Virus record (IMG/VR): IMGVR_UViG_3300040856_003829 | Location: 1 to 64,000 of that record | Length of the DNA: 64,000 bases | Source of the DNA: a virus | Reading direction: 5' to 3' (one strand) | In this document: one piece after another, positions 58,389-64,000 of the stretch | Layout: each line of letters begins with the position of its first letter | Numbering within the stretch: the first letter of the stretch is position 1 | The notes under the pieces: generated by a model | Told to the model about the DNA's origin: nothing | Seen by the model: the letters and a program-made list of their open reading frames with translations, nothing else | Database searches by the model: none | Translations under genes and position numbers: made by a program

Positions 58389-59105
58389 ATGAAAGTTTTA
58401 GGACCCTCAGATATAGGAAAAGGTATATTAATTGAGTATGATGCCGGATCGATCTCACCAGGAGATTCAAGAAATGCCCAAGTTATCAAAGAATCTTATG
58501 GTGACTTAGATCACTCCAAGCCGTTTGTTTTTTACGCGACTTTACAAAAGTATGATATACCAAATAGAAACGGTAGAACTTATCCAGAAAAAATATTGAG
58601 AAGAGAAGTTGAAAAGTATAAAAATAACATTCAAAAAGGTTTGGCAATTTCTGAGTTAAACCACCCAGAATCTTCATTAATTGACTTAGATAGAGTTTCT
58701 CATTTAATAACTGACGTTTGGTGGGAAGGAAACACATTGATGGGTAAGATAAAGTTATTAACCTCACCTGGTTTCCATGAAAGAGGTGTTGTTTCAACAC
58801 CAGGTGATCAAGCGGCAAATTTAATGAGACAAGGTGTTACGATGGGTGTGTCATCAAGAGGTGTTGGATCACTTGTAAATAAAGGAGAAAAAAATGAAGT
58901 TCAAGATGATTTCGAATTAATATGTTTTGATTTGGTTTCGGCACCTTCAACTCCAGGAGCTTACTTATACTTAAATCCTGATGATAGAGGTAAGTATGAT
59001 GAAAAACTAGATGAAGAAAAAAATCAAGAAAAAGAGGTAAATACAGATAAATTTACACGTTCACTTGATTTGATGACAAAGTTATCCGATTATTTAGATA
59101 AATAA
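58389..59105 (+). CDS. Prohead protease (T4 gp21-like)
   Basis: NRNGR.YP, ELNHP, VSH.I, GVSSRG.GS and DLVS.PS motifs. Confidence 0.93.
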   Translation: MKVLGPSDIGKGILIEYDAGSISPGDSRNAQVIKESYGDLDHSKPFVFYATLQKYDIPNRNGRTYPEKILRREVEKYKNNIQKGLAISELNHPESSLIDLDRVSHLITDVWWEGNTLMGKIKLLTSPGFHERGVVSTPGDQAANLMRQGVTMGVSSRGVGSLVNKGEKNEVQDDFELICFDLVSAPSTPGAYLYLNPDDRGKYDEKLDEEKNQEKEVNTDKFTRSLDLMTKLSDYLDK

Positions 59106-59112
59106 TATTATT

Positions 59113-59328
59113 ATGGTTACAGCTGAAAAATACTTTGTGGTCAAAATACAGATTGATGACGTAGATCCACAAACAGGAAGAATTAAAAAACTACGTGAAG
59201 AAAAGTTAGTCAATGCTATTAGTGTCACTGATTGTGAAGCTAAAGTTATGGAAAGAATGGGTAATATTTCATTGGATTGGAGAATTACTTCAGTCAGTGA
59301 AAGTAAGATTGACGAAGTTTTCGAATAA
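59113..59328 (+). CDS. DUF4494-like protein
   Basis: KK.REE.LV.A.SVT..EAKV...I.SV.ESKI.EV. Confidence 0.6.
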   Translation: MVTAEKYFVVKIQIDDVDPQTGRIKKLREEKLVNAISVTDCEAKVMERMGNISLDWRITSVSESKIDEVFE

Positions 59329-59351
59329 ACTTTCTACAACTAACAAATTAC

Positions 59352-59377
59352 AAGTCGAGGTAAAACTCGACTTTTTT
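59352..59377 (+). terminator. Intrinsic terminator
   Basis: AAGTCGAG-GTAAAA-CTCGACTTTTTT. Confidence 0.8.
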
Positions 59378-59454
59378 GTTTTCTAGAAATAGATGGCCAG
59401 ATTTTTTTTAGTTTTTCACATATTTATTTAGAAATAAACCTTATTAATAAAAAA

Positions 59455-60906
59455 ATGGCAGATAAAAAACAATCTTTGGTTGAAGAGGCACTTTTACAAA
59501 TGGAGAATTTGAAAGAAGCCGTAACTGAAAACGCAAAAGGAATACTTGCTTCAACAATGAAGGAAGAAATCAGTCAATTAGTAAAAGAATCTCTAAAAGA
59601 AGAAGAGGTTGAAATCGAAGAATCTGAAAAGGACGAGACAGAAGAAGCAGTTCATAAAGAAATTGATGAACAAGAAGAAGTCGGTGATGACACCGAAGAT
59701 CTCGAAATTGATGTAGATTTGGATAACTTAGATTTAGATGATGATTCTGATGATGAAGAAGTTGAATTAGATCTTGATGATATGGGTATGGACACTGATG
59801 TGGAAGACGACGTTGAAATCGATGATCTGATGTTGACTGACTTACCTGGTGACGACTTGGAAGTCGATTCTGAAGAAGAAATTTTAGCACCTTTAGATCT
59901 CACAATGGCAACTGATGATGAAATTATTCAGGTGTTCAAAAAAATGGGTGAAGAAGATGGTATCATTGTTCAACAAACAGATTCTGGTGTTAACATTAAA
60001 GATGACACTGAAGATGTTGAATATGAAATCAAAATGGAATCAACTGAATCTGATGAATCAGATGAAATTCTTTATGAAATTGAATTTACTGAAGAAGAAA
60101 CCGAAGAAGGTTACAATGAAGTAGAAGAAGGTTACAACGAAGAAATGGATGAAGCTAGTTGTGGAACTCATGAAGGTGAAGAGCACGAAGGTGAAACACA
60201 TGAAATGAGAGAGATAATGGACAAAATGAAAGAAATGATGGAAAGAGAAGATTTAGATGATGACATGAAAGAGATGATGAAAAAAGTCACTGAAATGATG
60301 TCTACTGAAGAAGAAACTGTAGAAGTTGAAGAAGGATATGAAAAGACGGAAATGGATGAAGTAGAAGAAATCGAGGAAACTGAAGAAGTTGACGAAGGTG
60401 AGGTTGAAGAAAGATCTTTAGCACAAGGACAAAGAAAAGGTGTAAATCCTGACGGTAGTCCTAAAGGTGGTTCTAAACCAGGTACTGGTCCAGTTCCAAA
60501 TAAATTATTGTATAGAAAACTTCAAAATGAAGTGAAACAACTTAGAGAAAAGAATCAAGAGTACAAACAAGCTCTAGGTGTTTTCCAAGAGAAGTTAACT
60601 GAAGTTGCAGTTTTTAATTCAAACTTAGCTTACGCTACTAGATTGTTCACTGAACACACTACAACTAAGCAAGAGAAAATAAATATATTAAGACGTTTCG
60701 ATGGTGTCGATACGTTAAAAGAATCAAAATCATTATATAAGAGTGTCAAAAAATCTTTAAGTGATGATTCAACCCTCGTTAAGGAAACAATTGAAAACAA
60801 AGTTGAAAAAACTCCAACTACGGGTTCAGCTACAAACCTTATCGAAAATAAAACTTATGAGAACCCTCAATTTATGAGAATGAGGGACCTCATGAAAAAA
60901 CTATAA
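59455..60906 (+). CDS. Prohead scaffold/core protein (T4 gp22-like position)
   Basis: Extremely acidic, coiled-coil; lies between protease and major capsid gene. Confidence 0.75.
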   Translation: MADKKQSLVEEALLQMENLKEAVTENAKGILASTMKEEISQLVKESLKEEEVEIEESEKDETEEAVHKEIDEQEEVGDDTEDLEIDVDLDNLDLDDDSDDEEVELDLDDMGMDTDVEDDVEIDDLMLTDLPGDDLEVDSEEEILAPLDLTMATDDEIIQVFKKMGEEDGIIVQQTDSGVNIKDDTEDVEYEIKMESTESDESDEILYEIEFTEEETEEGYNEVEEGYNEEMDEASCGTHEGEEHEGETHEMREIMDKMKEMMEREDLDDDMKEMMKKVTEMMSTEEETVEVEEGYEKTEMDEVEEIEETEEVDEGEVEERSLAQGQRKGVNPDGSPKGGSKPGTGPVPNKLLYRKLQNEVKQLREKNQEYKQALGVFQEKLTEVAVFNSNLAYATRLFTEHTTTKQEKINILRRFDGVDTLKESKSLYKSVKKSLSDDSTLVKETIENKVEKTPTTGSATNLIENKTYENPQFMRMRDLMKKL

Positions 60907-60932
60907 TAAAAATAACTTAAAAAATTATAAAA

Positions 60933-62684
60933 ATGGGAGCATTATTAGAATCAGGTCTCGTTGGTAACATTGGTCTTAAGCACCTCAAAGTTATCAAGGA
61001 AGACACAGTAAACAAATGGGACAAGTTAGGGTTCCTAGATGGCCTCAATGGTCAATTAAAAGAGAACATGGCTCAGTTATATGAGAACCAAGCATCTCAC
61101 CTAATCAACGAAGCTGCGACATCTGACGCTGGCGGATCATTTGAAACAGTCGTTTTCCCAATCATCAGAAGAGTATTCTCTAAGTTGTTGGCTAACGATA
61201 TCGTTTCTGTACAGGCTATGAACCTACCAATCGGTAAGTTGTTCTACTTTGTACCTAAAATTCAGGCTAGAGGTGCTGCTAACGAGCACGTTCCTCCATT
61301 CGGAGCACCTAATGGTCCTACTACTCCATATTCTGGATACTCTGAAAGTTCGGTTAACCTATACGATAGATTCTACGAAGGATCTGTTCCAGGTACTGCT
61401 GGATCAGGTGTTGATCCTGAAGGATTGTTTGACTACTCTAAGGGTAGATTCAGTGCACACACCATCCAAGGTACTATCGTTTCTGGTAGTAGCTATGGTA
61501 CTGTAGTGACTGATGCGGCATTTACTGGTGGAACATCATTCCCTAAGTCTGTTGTTGTTGCATTCTCTGGATTTAGTAATGTTGCTGCTGGTAGAATGAT
61601 TGGTCCAAGCGGTAACGAAATGGATACTGAAGAATTCCTATCTTACTTAAATGTTCAAGGTGAGGGTTCTGCATTCCCAGTAAACGTTCTTACTCAGAAG
61701 TATGGTAAGGGTATTGTTGAATATGGTGATACTCAGACATCTACATTCTCTGACGGTAACGGAGGTAGATATCAAGATCTATGTGACGCTAATGGTATTT
61801 TACGTGTCGTTGTTGACTTGAAGACACCAACAGACGATAGTAGTTCACTTGATGGTTACACAGGTACATCATTCACAGCGGCTTTCGCTGGATTCCAGGC
61901 AACATACAGAGTATATGAAGAACTCGAATTCGAAGACAAGATCGGTGAAGTATCGTTCGATCTTGAAGCGGTTACTGTAACAGCAATCGAAAGAAAACTA
62001 AGAGCACAATGGTCTCCAGAACTCGCACAAGACGTTTCTGCATTCCACAACATTGACGCTGAAGCTGAATTGACAGCTTTATTGTCAGAGCAAGTGGCAG
62101 CAGAAATTGATCGTGAGATCTTAAGAGACTTGAGAAAAGGTGCGGCTTGGAAACTAAGATGGGACTATGACGGATGGAGAAGATTATCAACAACTTCTAC
62201 AGCATACAACCAGAAGGACTGGAACCAGACATTGATCACTGCGATCAACCAGATTTCAGCTCAAATCCACAAATCAACATTGAGAGGTGGTGCTAACTGG
62301 GTAGTTTGCTCTTCAGAGGTTTCAGCAATCTTTGACGATCTAGAGTACTTCCACGTTTCAAACGCGGCTCCTGATCAGGATAACTACAACATGGGTATTG
62401 AAAGAGTTGGTACTCTTTCTGGAAGATACCAAGTGTACCGTGACCCATACTTCCCACCAAACATGGTATTGTTAGGTCACAAGGGTAATTCAATGTTGGA
62501 TACTGGATATGTATACGCACCGTATGTACCACTCCAGTTAACACCAACTATGTACAACCCATTCAACTTCACACCAATTAAGGGTATCATGACAAGATAC
62601 GCTAAGAAGATGGTTAACAACAGATTCTATGGTGTGATTCAGGTTGATGGTGTTAGAACATTCGACCTCAACTCTTTAAGATAA
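60933..62684 (+). CDS. Major capsid protein (T4 gp23-like)
   Basis: VSVQAM..P.G..F, RKLRAQWSPELAQD..A.H.IDAEAELT..LSE....EIDREI, YAPYVPL and F.P..G.MTRY motifs. Confidence 0.96.
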   Translation: MGALLESGLVGNIGLKHLKVIKEDTVNKWDKLGFLDGLNGQLKENMAQLYENQASHLINEAATSDAGGSFETVVFPIIRRVFSKLLANDIVSVQAMNLPIGKLFYFVPKIQARGAANEHVPPFGAPNGPTTPYSGYSESSVNLYDRFYEGSVPGTAGSGVDPEGLFDYSKGRFSAHTIQGTIVSGSSYGTVVTDAAFTGGTSFPKSVVVAFSGFSNVAAGRMIGPSGNEMDTEEFLSYLNVQGEGSAFPVNVLTQKYGKGIVEYGDTQTSTFSDGNGGRYQDLCDANGILRVVVDLKTPTDDSSSLDGYTGTSFTAAFAGFQATYRVYEELEFEDKIGEVSFDLEAVTVTAIERKLRAQWSPELAQDVSAFHNIDAEAELTALLSEQVAAEIDREILRDLRKGAAWKLRWDYDGWRRLSTTSTAYNQKDWNQTLITAINQISAQIHKSTLRGGANWVVCSSEVSAIFDDLEYFHVSNAAPDQDNYNMGIERVGTLSGRYQVYRDPYFPPNMVLLGHKGNSMLDTGYVYAPYVPLQLTPTMYNPFNFTPIKGIMTRYAKKMVNNRFYGVIQVDGVRTFDLNSLR

Positions 62685-62706
62685 TAATTAAAGTTTTGAA
62701 AAAATT

Positions 62707-62733
62707 AAAGGGGGACATTAGTCCCCCTTTTTT
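62707..62733 (+). terminator. Terminator after the major capsid gene
   Basis: AAAGGGGGAC-ATTA-GTCCCCCTTTTTT. Confidence 0.85.
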
Positions 62734-62906
62734 ATTTCACAATATTTGGAATCTGGTCCAAAATATAAACATCTGTATAATTTTAGTTTTTCTCTATGAG
62801 ATTTAAAATGATCATCAACTGATGACTTATCATAACCTAAAATTACTTCAGATGTAATTTCACTCTGCAATTTCACGATTTCACTTAGTAGTTCGTCTTT
62901 TGTCAT
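62718..62906 (-). CDS. Small hypothetical protein
   Basis: 62-aa ORF. Confidence 0.5.
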   Translation of the reverse strand: MTKDELLSEIVKLQSEITSEVILGYDKSSVDDHFKSHREKLKLYRCLYFGPDSKYCEIKKGD

Positions 62907-62943
62907 ATCAAAAAAAAAAGGAAGATAAACTTCCTTTATTAAT

Positions 62944-63273
62944 TTAATTTATATTAAGATCTTCATTATGTTTTTTCAACATCCTAATTGATTTGGATAA
63001 TAATTCGGATTCTTCAATTGTAAATATATTTCTATTGTGAGCCATTTTGGATGCTTCAATCAAACAAAATAGTGCTTGATTGACACTTAAATTATTTATG
63101 AAACGATCTAGATCATCAGTACTAGTATAGTTTATAGAATTATATAATGTACCCATTGGGTTTGTCTGGACATTATTTTTTAGGGACTCGTAAATTTCAT
63201 TATATTTTTTTTCAATCTCAGAAACATTCTTAGATCTCCTTTTTCTTGTTTTTGTATTTTCTAATTCACTCAT
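62944..63273 (-). CDS. Hypothetical protein
   Basis: A..RNIFTIEESELLSKSIR-type C-terminus. Confidence 0.65.
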   Translation of the reverse strand: MSELENTKTRKRRSKNVSEIEKKYNEIYESLKNNVQTNPMGTLYNSINYTSTDDLDRFINNLSVNQALFCLIEASKMAHNRNIFTIEESELLSKSIRMLKKHNEDLNIN

Positions 63274-63344
63274 TTTAATCTATATTTAATGATATTTATT
63301 TGTATACAATCATAATATAGTATAAATCCTCAAAGAAAGAAGAC

Positions 63345-63902
63345 ATGAACCTAAAAAAAACTATAAGAGAATCTTTACTTAAAAAAGTAATGTCAGAAGA
63401 ATTAAAATATCACGTAGATAATAATATTTCGTTGACTGAAAATGTTTTTAGATATGGTAGTGATAAATATTTTGAAGTTATTAATGAAGCAAGAAAACTT
63501 TATAAGTTAGGATATAATTTCGATGAGTTTGATCGTGAAATACTAGAATCAGATTTAGGTACAATAGTCAAAACAAAATCAGGAAAAAAGATTCCTTTAG
63601 ATATGCCATTTGAATATGGATCTGTCAATGAGGCTGAATATCAAGGAAAAAAAGTTAATTTAAATGATCCAAAAACTGGAGGATCAAAAAAATGGTACGT
63701 TTATGTAAAGGATGGTGATAAAGTAAAAAAAGTTAGTTATGGTTCTCCTGTTATGACTGCGAAATGGAATGACCCTCAAGCTAGAAAGTCATTTGCCGCT
63801 AGACATCAGTGTGCAAAGAAAAAAGACAAAACTAAAGCAGGTTATTGGGCTTGTAGGGCACATAAAGATTTCGGTAAAAATGTATCTGGTAGATTTTGGT
63901 AA
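63345..63902 (+). CDS. Conserved phage protein (DUF6321-like C-terminus)
   Basis: KK.YVYVK...VKKVS.G...ARKSFAARH.C...DKTKAGYWAC. Confidence 0.7.
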   Translation: MNLKKTIRESLLKKVMSEELKYHVDNNISLTENVFRYGSDKYFEVINEARKLYKLGYNFDEFDREILESDLGTIVKTKSGKKIPLDMPFEYGSVNEAEYQGKKVNLNDPKTGGSKKWYVYVKDGDKVKKVSYGSPVMTAKWNDPQARKSFAARHQCAKKKDKTKAGYWACRAHKDFGKNVSGRFW

Positions 63903-64000
63903 TGATTTATATTCAAAACGATATTTCAGATAATAAATTTACTAGAACTTTTTCATCAGATATAGACAGTTCAGAGTTAGTCTGGCATATGGATGCTGAA
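63902..64000 (+). CDS. Partial CDS, cupin-like phage protein
   Basis: MIYIQ...RTFSSDIDSSELVWHMD, truncated by the window end. Confidence 0.55.
   Translation, partial: MIYIQNDISDNKFTRTFSSDIDSSELVWHMDAE

Noticed and set aside
1-64000. Alternative genetic code (stop-codon reassignment)
   Set aside because: Coding density is high in code 11, core genes are uninterrupted, TAA, TGA and TAG all end genes, and there is no suppressor tRNA.

Overview
A 64-kb, AT-rich, densely coding segment of a large T4-like (probably jumbo) tailed phage that infects a Bacteroidota (flavobacteria-like) host. Host evidence: TTTG-N19-20-TAnnTTTG promoters, signal peptides ending just before Gln, type IX secretion (T9SS) sorting domains, a tmRNA tag starting GE, and a Bacteroidota-type bS21. 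Standard genetic code. The right end (53-63 kb) is the head module: terminase large subunit, portal, antisense bS21, prohead protease, scaffold and major capsid protein. The 30-53 kb part holds many putative head-packaged proteins that share an N-terminal leader (including a PPK2 fusion, an OmpA-like protein and a peptidoglycan-binding protein), plus a proteostasis cluster (tmRNA, M28-like peptidase, ClpC lacking its N-domain, Hsp20). The left half holds a large exported-protein set (four T9SS-type cargo proteins, a beta-barrel, lipoproteins, a nuclease), DnaK, a five-gene amino-sugar/formyl/glycosyltransferase cluster, and 12 minus-strand tRNA or tRNA-like genes. The best novelty candidates are: (1) unannotated multi-helix RNAs of about 85-340 nt wedged between tRNAs and driven by four tandem promoter+boxA cassettes; (2) apparent phage use of the host T9SS, with an adjacent Wbp-like sugar pathway; (3) a tmRNA with a 21-aa tag next to a truncated ClpC. 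All calls come from reading motifs by eye; no searches or folding programs were run.
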